Shown here: piece after piece, positions 45,801 through 58,700 of the stretch
How positions within the stretch are numbered: the stretch's first letter is position 1
Layout: each line of letters opens with the position of its first letter
Assembly: GCA_963514005.1 (NCBI GenBank)
Contig: OY740791.1
Location: 39,804,001-39,868,000, forward strand
Length of the DNA: 64,000 nt
Direction: 5' to 3'
Source: Raja brachyura
Taxonomy: Eukaryota
Notes under the pieces: generated by a model
Told to the model about the DNA's origin: nothing
Databases searched by the model: none
What the model saw: the letters and a program-made list of their open reading frames with translations, nothing else
Made by a program: the position numbers and the translations under genes

Positions 45801-48800
45801 ATTAAACGAGAACTTACCTGTTCGAAGTTTGATCTTTATTTTATGAGGAGTTACAATGAGGGATTACGTGAAGAAGCCCCGCCAGTCGCATGCTCGGCAT
45901 ACCTTATAGCAGCGGCATGAAAAACACAGAACCAATAGCCGAAGTAAGATAGTAAGTCTCACACAAGACTAGAACTACCAGATGATCGTTTAGATTATGA
46001 GGGTCGGGAGCGGAGGGCACTTAATCCCTCATCGTAACTCCTCATAAAATAAAGATCAAACTTCGAACAGGTAAGTTCTCGTTTAATCTTACTAGTTTAC
46101 GTGAGTGGCTACGTGAAGATTTTGAAGCTCTGTGATTTTCATGCCGTAGATTAATTCCATACGACACACTGCTTCAGTTGACGCAGTAGTGAGTAAATAA
46201 AAAAGAAAGAAAAGTAATACCCCTCTATAATGGGGGAAATTACAACAAAAGATATGAATCATTACATAAAAGAAAGCAAATAATGAAACAGAACCCAACA
46301 CTGCATGTCCAAACTCTGGCACCGTGATAACAGGTTTATTGTAAAACTTGGAAAAAATGTCTTCTTTACACCATCCTGCGGCCTCTAAAATTTGGTCGAG
46401 TGGCACGTCCAGTGCCATCGCCACGGACGTGGATGCTGCCCTGGTGGAGTGAGAATTAAACACATCAGTGTATACTTCAGCTAAATCCAAAACCTGTTTT
46501 AACAATCTAGAAATAGTTTGTACTGACACTTTTTTGTATGTTTTTTTATGGGCAATAAGCATTATTGTCTCACAACCTCGGAGACTCTTGGTTACTTCAA
46601 TATATTGAGTCAGATGCTTAAACACACACAATGTTTGGTCGACAGGATATGCTCTAAAGATTACCTTTGTTCCAGACTTCCCCGGTCTGCTTTGTTTGAT
46701 TAGATCATAAACATAAAAAGTAATGTTATCTGCAGACAAATGCATACAATCTAAACGTAACATTTGCAATGTTTGTATTCTTTGTGCTGACACTGATGCC
46801 ATAATCATTACTACTTTAAATGTTAATTTCTGAAAAGACAGAGATGTAATTGGAGCCCATTGCCGAAGCAATGTGAGAACTATACTAACATCCCAAAATT
46901 TCTGTGTATCTAGGTTTGGGAGGATTTTTATTAAAAATCCCTCACATAAATCGGGATATTAATGGATTAAACCCGATAGATAGATGTTCTGAAAATTGTC
47001 GTAAATAGGAAGACAAAGCACTACGAGCACTATTAATGGCACTATAACTAAGGTGCTCATCAAGGAACTCCAATACATCCGATATGTTTGCAGTATGATA
47101 AGATATATCTGACTGAATACAAAAAGCTTCCCATTTCTTTATGTGAGACATTTATTGTTTCTTAGTGCTATCTCTCCAAGCAGACGTTATGACATCCATG
47201 GTCCTATCCGACAGTCCAAGCCCTTGTAATGGTCTGCTCAGAACCTGCAGATTAACAAATTCATATGATCATGCAATGGATGAACTTGTTCTGTCACTGG
47301 TTGTACCAACAAATCCCTGGATCTGGGAATCGTCACAAATGGTTCAATTATCATTCTAAGCATCAATGGGAACCATGGCTGTGTAGGCCAGTTTGGAACC
47401 ACCAAAACACCCGTGGCAGAGTCTTGCTCTATTTTACTGAGACATTGCCTAATCAGGCAAAATGGGAGAAAAGCATAGAAAAACATATTTCCCCAATGTA
47501 GCGAGAATGCATCCAACGCTACAGCTCCTGGGTCAGGCTCCCATCACACGTATTTAGGCAATGGGTGCTTTAATCTGGACGCAAACAGATCAATGTCTGG
47601 TACACCATACCGATTGACAATTTTTTTTTGTTGTTGAAAATTTGTGGATTTAACATCCATGCTGTATTGTCTTTAAACTCCCGTGAGCTGTTGTCTGCCA
47701 TAACATTGTCTTTTCCTGGGAGATAGATAGCTGAAAGCCAGATATTCCTAGATACACACCAATTCCACATCAGGTTGACCAGATGATCACATGATACTGA
47801 TCTTACTCCACCCATGTGATTGATATATGCTACAGCTGGGGTATTGTCTACTTGTAATTGAACATGCAAGTCCTCCATTGTAGAACAATAAGCTTTTAAT
47901 CCAAAAAATGCCCCCAATAACTCCAAATAATGAATACCATATGTTTGGAGAATTAAATCCTCTTGGACAGTCCATCTACCACCACAGCTGGTGTCATTGT
48001 CCGTACCCCCCCCCCCCCATCCGAAAGCACTAACATCAGTTTGCAATACCACTGTAGGTTGCTGAATAACAATGTTTTTAGTAGCTTGTGCAACATTCCC
48101 AATCCACCACTGTAGTACAGCCAAAGCATCCGTTGGCAACTGCATGGGTCTGTCAAAATGACCTGCACGTTCTTTTAGTGTTTGTGCTTTTGCCCTTTGA
48201 AGATTTTGATAATGCAAAGGACCAAACTCAACAGCGGGAAATGCTGCTACTATCTTACCAATAACCCTAGCTACTTCTCGGATGGAGGGATAAGGTTTGT
48301 CAGCAAGGCTACTACACGCATTTGTAATATCCACAACTTTATCTGTTGATAAAGTTACTGACATACTGATAATTTCAACTGAATTAATGACAAACCCCAA
48401 ATACTCAATTGTTTGCAATGGCTGTAGCTTAGATTTTGTTGGATGGATCAGAAACCCTACCTTTTCAACAAGCTTATAGTTGCTGAAAATGAATCTTCAG
48501 CTGATTCCTGAGTGGCATTAACAATTAAAATATCATCAAGATAAGCCATGACAATGTGATTTTGAGCCCTTAACAATGCAAGTGCTGGTTTCAATAATTT
48601 TGTGAACAGCCTGGGAGCTGAACTTAACCCATTAGGGAATGCTTTATATTGCCACAGCTGACCCATCCAATTAAACTTCAAGTACCTACGATAATGGTGA
48701 TGAATTGGCACTGAATAATACGCATCTTTGAAGTCTATAGTAGCCATGTAACACCCTATGGACAACAACTCCTTTGCAGTGTTGAAGGTGTCCATTTTGA

Positions 48801-50995
48801 AATGTCTATGCTGGACATATGAATTCAATTTTGTGAGATCCAGACTGACTCTACAACCCCCATCTTTCTTTGCCCTGGGGAAAATATTTGACACAAATTT
48901 TTGCGGATGATTCCCCGTACTTTCAATTACCCCATTTTAAAATAATTTTTTTACTTCTTCTTTTACCTGAGAATTTTCAGGTGCAGAAAACACCAAAACC
49001 CGATTATGTTTATCCTGTACAGGTGGATCAACTCCTTCCATAAATTCTATAATAGCACCTGACACAGTATCTAATATAAACCGATCAGATGTTATACAGT
49101 ACCATTCATCATAAAACAATTGCAATCTACCATCAACCGGAGGTTCCACAACAGTTTCCTCTGTGATAGAATAAAGTTTTTGTACCTCAGCAAATGACCG
49201 TCACGGTCTCCTTTTCCCAATATATGGATTAACATTGGGCTGTGATGGGTAATACCTTCTCACCATACCCCTGCCTCTGCTTGTTCCTGCTCCTGAATCA
49301 AACCCCCTTCTCATCCAGCCAGATTGTCTCCTTTGACCAAATATAAAAGGTTTCATGAGGCTGATCGTCTTTGCCTCCTCACCGATATCTTTAATTTGTT
49401 TAGGCAGGTTTTTTTTTTCCTCCTCCGAATAATAATCTGGAGCTTGAACATTGCTTGATTTACACAATCCAGCAAATCTTGGGTGCAGGATGGGCCGAAT
49501 GGTGATTTTTCTCATACAATTAATCTCAGAATAAGAGTTACAAAACAATACCAACATGTCTTTTTGGATTTTGGACAAAGCATGCCCTTCCAACTGCCTC
49601 CCAAAAGCAGTAATGCCAGCTGTAATGAGCTTGACGACCCTCTGGAATCGTATCTCCTGTCCTCGCATTGTTGAAGTAACTGGTGTCCAAATAGCTGGAT
49701 TCACCGTCGGCACCCTCAGTGATGCACAATTAACATGTGTTTTATAGAGGTCTGCTGTCTCAATCATGACAGTCTCCTGAAGCTGGTGAGAAACCAAATA
49801 ATTAATGTTGGCCACCAGGTTTTCTTCCATGACCTCACCGCTCCCCTCTGGTACAGCAAAGGATTGTGCTACATCTGGTACACCAGCTGTTTGACTTTTG
49901 TGCTGTGGTGGGTATTCAAGACCAAAAACACCACCTTCAGGGTAAGTCTCCTGCCGCCCTGGTACTCCTGAGACTTGCTCAAAGGAGACTTCTTCCAGAC
50001 CTAAACAAGGCTCAGGAGGTTTAAATTCCCATGTTGTAAAGGCACCATATTCATGATATGGAACCCCCTCAGGGGCTGCCTGGGAATACTCTGGGTCTTT
50101 TGACCCTTGGTTAATAATTGTTTGAAGCATTTTCTCCATTTGGTCCATCCTGAGCCACAGGGCCCGTCTGCCTGGCCCTGCCTCTTCTTCATCAGATTCA
50201 TCTGATATTACAGGCCTAGCAGACTTCCTTTTATTTTTCCTCTCCACTGGAGTACTTCCTTTTATTTTTCCTCTCCACAGTACCGTGGTCTGTGGCTGTG
50301 GAGCATCTAAAGGCTGAACTACGGCAGGGTCAACGGCTACCGGTATCGGAACCGGCTCCATACTAATCTGTGGTCCTGATCTTAACTGTGTTTCCACCCG
50401 GGACGCGCGCTTTCCCCGCGCTTTCCCCGCGCCGTTTTTTCACCATGTCCATTTTTTAAACTTCCCAAACTCCTTCTGGCTATTCCAACCAGCGTCACGG
50501 AGTTTCTACCCAGGAAGTAATTTCAACCCACTTACCCGCGGGCCTGTTACTCACCTCTGGTGGAGCTGCGATCTGCAGCCCGTTCCTTACCGACATGCGT
50601 CGACGTAATGCCAAGCATGCACCTGGCGGGGATTCTTCACGTAGTCACTCCCGTGACTCCGAAGTAAAATAAAATAGCTGCACTCAAATATAAGTTAAAC
50701 CAAATATATTCAGACCAAATCATATAACTTTATCAAAAGACTAAACAGCTGCACTTTGAATTCGGTGATAAACCATAAAAATTACTATCACGTCAACTCC
50801 GGAAACAGGAAGGGGAAAACACAATATATAAAATTAAATCAGATACGGGAGAAATATTAACACTACCCAAGGATATTAATGATAGATTCTCTCACTACTA
50901 TCAAACACTTTACTCAACCAAAATGGCAGTGGGTTCTGCAGGAATGGAATTATTTTTACAGAACTGCAATCTTCCTGGTTTAGAGAGGCATGGAT
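42822..50995 (+). mobile_element. L1-clade LINE, copy 2 (divergent subfamily, 3'-truncated, interrupted by DIRS)
   Basis: 5' GGACTTCC; ORF1 RRQNLRIVG; ORF2 EN from 44766; ORF2 resumes collinearly at ~50668. Confidence 0.92.
45795..50670 (-). mobile_element. Complete DIRS1-type tyrosine-recombinase retrotransposon (decayed ORFs: gag 50397-49201, RT/RH 49149-47570, MT ~47516-47238, YR ~47200-46280)
   Basis: RT YLDD; YR HSTR..AGW..FY; inverted termini (45866-45900 vs 50609-50643); ICR 46022-46119 complementary to both ends; AAT at both junctions. Confidence 0.93.
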
Positions 50996-51231
50996 ATGAT
51001 AGACATTGTGGTGACTGCGTATGCCTCAATAGGCCCGACCATGGGTGAAGAAGGGGAAGGGGACTGGACTTTGTGCCTCCCCTCACAGTGGGAACCATTT
51101 GGGGGGATGTTTAATGTTCAATTCTTTTTTAATGTGGTGTCTTACTTTTATCGGTGTGCTGCAAATGGCAACTCAAATTTCACTACACCAGAAATGGTGT
51201 ATGTGACAATAAATGTCCCTTGTCCTTGGTC

Positions 51232-51416
51232 CAATTAACCTACAAACCTGTATGTCTTTGGAGTGTGGGATGAAAACGAAGAATTTGGGGGGAAAACCCA
51301 TGCAGGTCATGGGGAGAATGTACAAACTCCATACCAACAAGCACACCATAGTCAGGACCTAATCCAGGTCTCTGGCACTCCAAGGCAGTAGCTCTACCAC
51401 TTCGCCACTGTGCCGC
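51232..51416 (-). mobile_element. HE1/V-SINE
   Basis: tggcgaagtgg A-box region; body matches the copy at 40560. Confidence 0.8.
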
Positions 51417-51929
51417 ACTACAGTGAAACATAGCCACTGGCCATTGCCTAACATGATGCCAGTTTAAACTAATCTCTCCTCCTCTTCCTGCATATGATCC
51501 ACATCCCTAATTCACTGCTTATCCACACGTCTATCTCAAAACCTCTTTAACAACATATAAAGACCTTGCCTTGCAAATCCCTTGCATCTTTCTCCCTCTA
51601 TCCTTAAAGCTGTGCCCTCTAGTCTTTAACAAAAGATGAGGTGTTGATCCTCCTGGATAGCTTGGGCCTCATTGTAGTAATGCAGGAGGCTACATACAAT
51701 ATGTTTGGAGTAAGAATAGGATGGTGATTTGAAATGCCAAAGTAATCAGAAGTCTAACCCCCTGAGGAATATGTGCTGACTGTCTATCATATCTATGCCT
51801 CTCATAATTTTATATACCTGTATCAAATCTCCCCTCAATCTCTGACAGTCCAGACAAAACTATTCAACAAAGAACAGCTATTTCTTGTGGTTGCATGGGA
51901 AAGTGCCCAAAAGTGGAAAGTAGAGAAGA

Positions 51930-52170
51930 AGACACAAAAAGTTTAGTAACTCAGCAGGTCAGGTAGCATCTCTGGAGAATATGAATATGGATAGGTGACG
52001 TTTCAGGTCAGGAACCTTCTTCAGAACAAAAAAGGGTCCCATCAATCTGAAGAACGGTCCTGACCCAAAACTTCACTTATCCATATTCACCAGAGATGGT
52101 GCTTGAACTGCTGAGTTAATCCAGCACTTTGTCTCTTTTTTGGATACCAGCATCTGCAGTTTCTTATTTT
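51930..52170. mobile_element. Older palindromic Penelope-derived element; hammerhead core on minus strand 52024-51997
   Basis: Imperfect inverted repeat of the same family as 31945. Confidence 0.7.
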
Positions 52171-52719
52171 AAAAAGGGAAGTAGAGTGGGAGCGTGGATC
52201 AGAGTGTTAAGAAGGGAATGTTCAAAATGCTGAAAGGCAATGGGTGATTGGTGGTGGAATTTTGTTGGAACTGGTGAAAATTGCATAGGATGATCTGTTG
52301 AGTGCACAAATTGGTGGGGCCAAATGTGAGGACTAGGGATGTTCTGTTCTTCAAAATCGCTATTCCATGGCTACATTACTTCACCACATTACTGACATTC
52401 CAATTCCCCTTGTTCCACCCATTGCCCTCCCCAACCTTCTCAGTGGCAAAGGCAAACTTGCATTCTCTTTCTCAGTTCTGATAAAGGGACTTCAAAACAG
52501 TTGTTTTTGAAAAGTTCAGCACTGACACTTGGTTCCCTGCAGCTTTGTGGGATAGGTATTTCAGTCAATATATTCGGCTAATCTTTGCTGTGCTATGTTT
52601 ATGCCATCTTGTGGATGTTGAAGGAACAGTAGCCACCTAGTGTACAGAGTCTACTGGCTGCTGGTACAGTTGAAAAAGTGAACACAATCGAAAAACTTGT
52701 ATATCACAAGATGGAGGCT

Positions 52720-55700
52720 GGGCTGTCTTTTCTAGTGTACCTACTGTAAGAAAGCATACTTGACAAAGCTAAAAGAAGGAGGCAGTGGCAAGCTCGTAGA
52801 GCACAGCATGTAGTTGTAAACATAAGTACCATCTCTTTATTTGCATAAGCCTGGCGTGGGTATAGCATTTCTAAGCTTTTCGTGTTTTAAAAGGCTGCAG
52901 AGTGTTTCAGTCATGCCATAAACAGACATGGGTGGAGTGTTTACTGATAAGATATTAGTAGAACTACACTGTCTCCACTTTCTTTTGGTGAGTTGGAGCA
53001 CGAGGAGGTGTGTGATGTAATCGATCATCTTCACAACTCTGCCAACTCCCGCCTGGCACACAAGAAAATAATCTTGATTTACTTTGTGTCTGTTTGTCTG
53101 TGGAAGGTATAACGTACATTAACATTTGTCGTAGTCGGCAGGATTTCGCTGGACCCTATCTCTGAAGACTAAGTAAGAGACTGCTCTCTGACTGGCACCT
53201 CGAAGGCAGTAGAAAGTGCACTATTGGACCCCTTGAGTCTGAGTTCCTGTGAACACTGTGGTCCCTCGTCTAAGGTTGATCTGGTTCCCTGCCAAAATCC
53301 TTATCACTGACAACGTAAGGTAAGAAGATTTTTCGTGACTTTTGGTTGAGTAGGTCAGACTAAGGAGGTAGTCTGTGGTGATTAAGTGGCTAGAGCAGTC
53401 CCACTCGGGGTCTGTCGTAAATCTTGAGCATATCAGAGATCTGGGGTATTGGCTAGATCAGACCAAGTGCGGGTTGTCGTAAATTGCAGATAAGATATCT
53501 GTGGAAGATTGCAGACTGTGGAAGATCTGTGGAAGATATTTTCGATTGGCTAGAGCACTCCGTGTGGGTCTGTCATAAATTAGAGGGCTGAGAATGCGAC
53601 AAACCCTGGGTAAGAATAATGGAGGAGCTCCAGTACAGCATATGTGTTATTTGGATCCGATATGTTATTAGGATCCGAGAAAACTGAGAAAACTGATCAG
53701 GCAAAAAGATTTTCAAAAAAGAGAATATAAACAATTGGTAATGCGAAACATAAGCAAATTATCCCTGGGGACCCCTTGTCTGGCAAGGCGACCCTGTTTA
53801 TAGAAGAGTGGGATGAGGAACAAAGTCAGGAATTGTGTAGGCCACCTCCCCCATATGCCCTAGCCACCAGTTCCTAGCAGCAGGAGCTACCCCTCTAAGA
53901 TCCCAAAGGCAGCGACTTCGGTACCCTTACAGGGAAGGGCACCCCCAGAAGAAAATTATACTGATAGCGACTCGGAAACTGAAAAGGAAAATGAGAAAGA
54001 AAAGGTAAAGGGCTGAGGCAGAAGAGGAAGGAGGAGCAGTAATTGAATCCAGCAGTGAGAGAGTTAAACAACGCAAAGCATCAGAGAGACAGGATATAAA
54101 TCAAATAAGACTGAACAGAGAAAAAGCATGAAAACAGTGTGCTGATGACCTTCTGGTTGCAAGTACAGAGATAAGGAGAATACTGAGGACACCAATGAGC
54201 TACTAAAAGCCTTCCACCACTGGCGTTACATTCCACCCAAACGGAAGGTAGTTCGGGGGCAGCAGCAGCAGTAGCAATGGCGATAGCTGTCCACAAAGAG
54301 AGATAGAAAATGATTCGGACAAAGGCTTTGAGACAAATTACCAATAAACTTTGAATAACTTTTGGCACAGAGCTCGTCTCCCTGATGGGGAGAGATGGAT
54401 AGGTCATGGGGAGAGTTGTGAGTAGCCGGGCAAGTGTGAGGTGTGGCAAGGACCAGAACAGCATCTGAAGCATGGACGTGCATTGCTGACTGACAGGGAG
54501 TCTGACCAAGCACAATTCTGATCACCGTCTAATCACAGTGCCCAGGATCCTGAATGACTGGGAATCAGACCAATCACCTCTTTTTGCACAAGTAAAATTT
54601 TGCGATATTGCTCAGTACTACAGAATGAGCATTGACGAAGGACTTCCGGTTGGCGCCATGGAGTAGTAGAATTTGCGCCATTCCAGCTCCGCTAAAAATT
54701 GAAGAAAAAACGGGGGTATAGGGGTCAGTTAAACGTGCTTACCACAGGAGAACGACTGGGAACGGCTCCGGTAGCGTTAAAAAGGTGCGTGACGTCATCA
54801 GGCGCGCGACTTTAACAAGAAAATAAAATGCAACGCTCCCCCCCCCGCCGGTGGAAAAAAACCTCCAAGAAAGGAAATAGGCCCTGCTGGAGCCCTGAGC
54901 TCGAGTTTGGCTGCTTCCCAAGAGGAGATCTCACAGAAGAAAGCTGAAATGGAGGAACTTAAAAACACAATCCAAGGTGAGATGAAGAAAATGCTTAGAG
55001 AAATGAAGAAGGAGTATAAAGATGAAATAAAAACTTTAAGAGCAGATATTCTGGTGTTTCATGAGAAAATTAAAGATGAATTAAAAAAAGAAGTTATAGA
55101 GACGGTAAAGATTATGATGAACGAATGGAAAGAAAAGGCTGACGTTGATTTACAAAACCAAATGGTGGAGGTAAACGACAAAGTTGCTGGGATGGAAAGA
55201 ATGCTGGATGAGAAGATAGATCCTATTTTAATCTCGCTCGACCAACAAAATGATGCAATTAAAGAGCTAACTGAGCTTGCTGCATCAAATACTAAGGAGA
55301 GAGAGAAGCTCCGCTCCGAGAACAAACGTCTATCAGAATTATTACGCAAAATAAATGAGAAATGTATCGATTTGGAGGGACGTCAATGGCGTAAGAATTT
55401 GCGTATAGTTGGATTGAGCGAGGGTCGTGAGGGAAATCAAGACCCTCGAAAATTTGTTGCAAAACTCCTAAAGGACATTTTGAATTTGGATCAAGAACCC
55501 CTGTTGGGCCGTGCACACAGGGCATTAAGACGGGTGTCTGGGAGAGATGTACCCCCAAGACAAATGATTGTAAAGGTGGCTTACGATCATGTTTTTGAAG
55601 ACATGATGAAGATAATAATACGTAAGAAAAATCTTAAATACGAAGGGGATAATATTAGTATCTTCAGAAATTACCCTGCGGAAGTGGCCAAGAGAAGATC

Positions 55701-58700
55701 TTTATTCACAGAAACAAGAGGTATTCTGAGGAATATAAAGGATACAAAGGATCTGAGATATGGCCTGATGTACCCAGCAACATTAAGAGTAACCTACAAC
55801 AATAAGGAGTACTGTTTCGTTAAACATACAGAAGCACTGGAATTCGCTCGAAACATACAGAAGGAAACAGAAGAGGAAGAAGAACAAGAGGAAGAAGAAG
55901 ACGACTGAACTTTTATTACCCACCTGCGGTTATGAATTATCCATGGAGAGAGAGGAGGAATAATGGACATGGACTTTAATTTTGGTTTAAAGAGAGATGG
56001 ATAGATTACTACCCTATGTCAATTATTCCCCTAACATAGTATCATTTATCCCCCTAACATAGTATCACTTATCAGAATATTAATCACAATAGATATTAGT
56101 AATATGAATTATCACTAAGTATATAAATTTAGTACCCCACCCCAATATATGCAGCACTCAAGATAGGAGCTGGAACTATTAACATCTTTTTTTTTTTTAA
56201 ACGGAAGTCCGTAGATTAGTAGCCACGTTAGTGTGGCTTACACTAACACACACTACACTATATATAGGTGTAGTTACTTTTTTTTCCGGGAACTTTATTA
56301 ACACCCTTCACTTTACATTTACTCACACCTTTTATTATTTTTTATATATTATATATTTGATTCTATATTATATATTATATGAATATATGTATGATTGGTA
56401 TTAAATAATCAGTTTAAGGAGACGTGTATATGGAATAGTAAGACATATATTAATTTTAATCGATCCAATGTTTGGGTATAATGTTGAGTTGGATGGGCCG
56501 AGACGGCTACTCCAATATAAACCACCCTAATAGCAAAATGCAAGACATTAATGTGAAGACTGGGGGTGATGGAATCACCTTCTGTAGTTGGAATGTTAAG
56601 GGAATTAATGAACCAATTAAAAGAGGTAAGGTGTTAGCCCAATTAAACAGATTGAAATCAGATGTTACTTTTCTTCAAGATACCCATCTCAAAAAAGATG
56701 CTCGACACAGATTAACAGCTAAATGGATTTCGAAAGTGTATCACTCTTCATTTATACATAAGTCTAGAGGGGTAGCAATAATTATTCGTAAAGGTATACC
56801 TTTTAAACAAAGTTTTATAATAGAGGATACGGAGGGTAGATATGTATTAATTACAGGGGAATTATACTCTAAAAAAGTAATCCTTATGAATATATATGCC
56901 CCTAACTTTGATAACCCATTATTTTTTAAGAAAATATTTAATAATATCCCTATATCTACTCAATATAACTTAATAATTGGGGGTGATTTCAATTGTACTT
57001 TAGATAATTATTTAGATAGATCTTCAATGAAAAGGAAAGCTATCTCTAAGTCAAGTAAACTTATAAATTATTTTATTAGTACAGCAAATGTTAAGGATAT
57101 CTGGAGAATAGATAACCCACTGGGACGAGAATATTATTTTTTCTCGCCTGTATTCGGAACTTATTCGAGGATAGATTATTTTTTAATAGATTCAAAATTA
57201 CTTCCATTTACGTATGATGCAAAATATCATAATATTATCATTTCTGATCATGCTCCACTAACATTTAAGATAAAATTAAAAGATATAATTAATAAAACTC
57301 CTAACTGGAGGCTTAACCCCCATATATTAAAGGACAAGGCTTGTTATGATTACTTGGTAAAACAGATTAAATTATTTTTTGAAACTAATGACAAACCTGA
57401 AATTTCACCATCACTTCTTTGGGATACATTTAAAGTATTTATGCGCGGTGCAATAATATCAGCACAAGCATATTTTAACAAAGAAAATCGAAAGACGGAA
57501 CAAAAGTTGGAAAAGGAGATAAAACAATTAGATCTTGAGAATAAAAAATATCCTTCTAAAGTGTTAAGTAATAAAATTGCAATATTAAAATATAAACTAA
57601 ATAAAATATACTCTAATCAAGTAATTAAACTTTTTCAACAAACTAAACAAGTGCATTTTGAATTTGGAGATAAACCACAAAAACTGTTGGCGCGAAACTC
57701 AGAAAACGAGATGATGAAAAAATGATACATAGAATTAGATCTGAGCATGGAAATGTATCGACCTTACCAAAATATATCAATGATATATTTTTACAATATT
57801 ATCAAAGTCTTTATTCATCTAAATTAACAGGACAAACAGATGGAATGGAAACATTCCTACAAAAATGTAATATTAAAAGTTTAGATCAGGAAGGTAGAGA
57901 CTTGTTAAACACTGATATATCAATAAAAGATATTGAAGAATCAATCGGATCATTAAATAATGGAAAAGCTGCGGGCCCTCATGGCCTGAGTGCAGAATTT
58001 TATAAGAAATTTCAAGATCTGATTTCCCCAAGATTACATATAGTGTATAAATATACATATGAACAAGGAAAATTACCGGAATCTTTAAATGAATCTACAA
58101 TTACACTTATTCCTAAGGTTGACAAGGATTTGGAAGACCCTGGATCATACAGAGCAATTGCTCTTTTAAACACAGATCAAAAAATATTAGCTAAAGTTTT
58201 ATCTCGGAGATTAAGTTTGGTGATCACTAAAATAATACATCATGATCAAACAGGTTTTATTCCAAAACGTTATTCATCCCACAATTTGAGACGATTATTC
58301 AATATTATATACTCAAAAAGAGTATGTGATACGGAATTAGCTGTTATATCCTTAGATGCAGAAAAAGCATTCGATCAGGTTGAATGGCCATATTTATTTA
58401 AAATAATGGAGAAATTTCAATTGGGAGATAGATTTTGTAAATGGGTAAGAATTCTATATTCGAATCCTACTGCAAGAATATTAATTAACCAAATATTATC
58501 AGCTAAATTTAAGCTTTATAGGGGTTGTAGACAAGGATGTCCGCTATCGCCTTTGTTATTCGCTCTGGTGATAGAGCCTTTAGCTGAAAGGATTAGATCT
58601 GAACCAGAAATATATAGATATAATACTGATACTACAACTAATAAAATATCTCTATACGCAGATGATGTCTTAAATTATATTACAAAACTGGAGATTAGTA

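Noticed and set aside
45795-46093. 72-bp inverted repeat as an independent MITE or hairpin RNA gene
   Set aside because: It is the right-end extension and ICR of the DIRS element.
53501-53540. GTGGAAGATTGCA, a 13-nt match to the ribozyme head
   Set aside because: Part of a TGTGGAAGAT tandem repeat in the ERV leader; no P3 or P1 3' strand follows.
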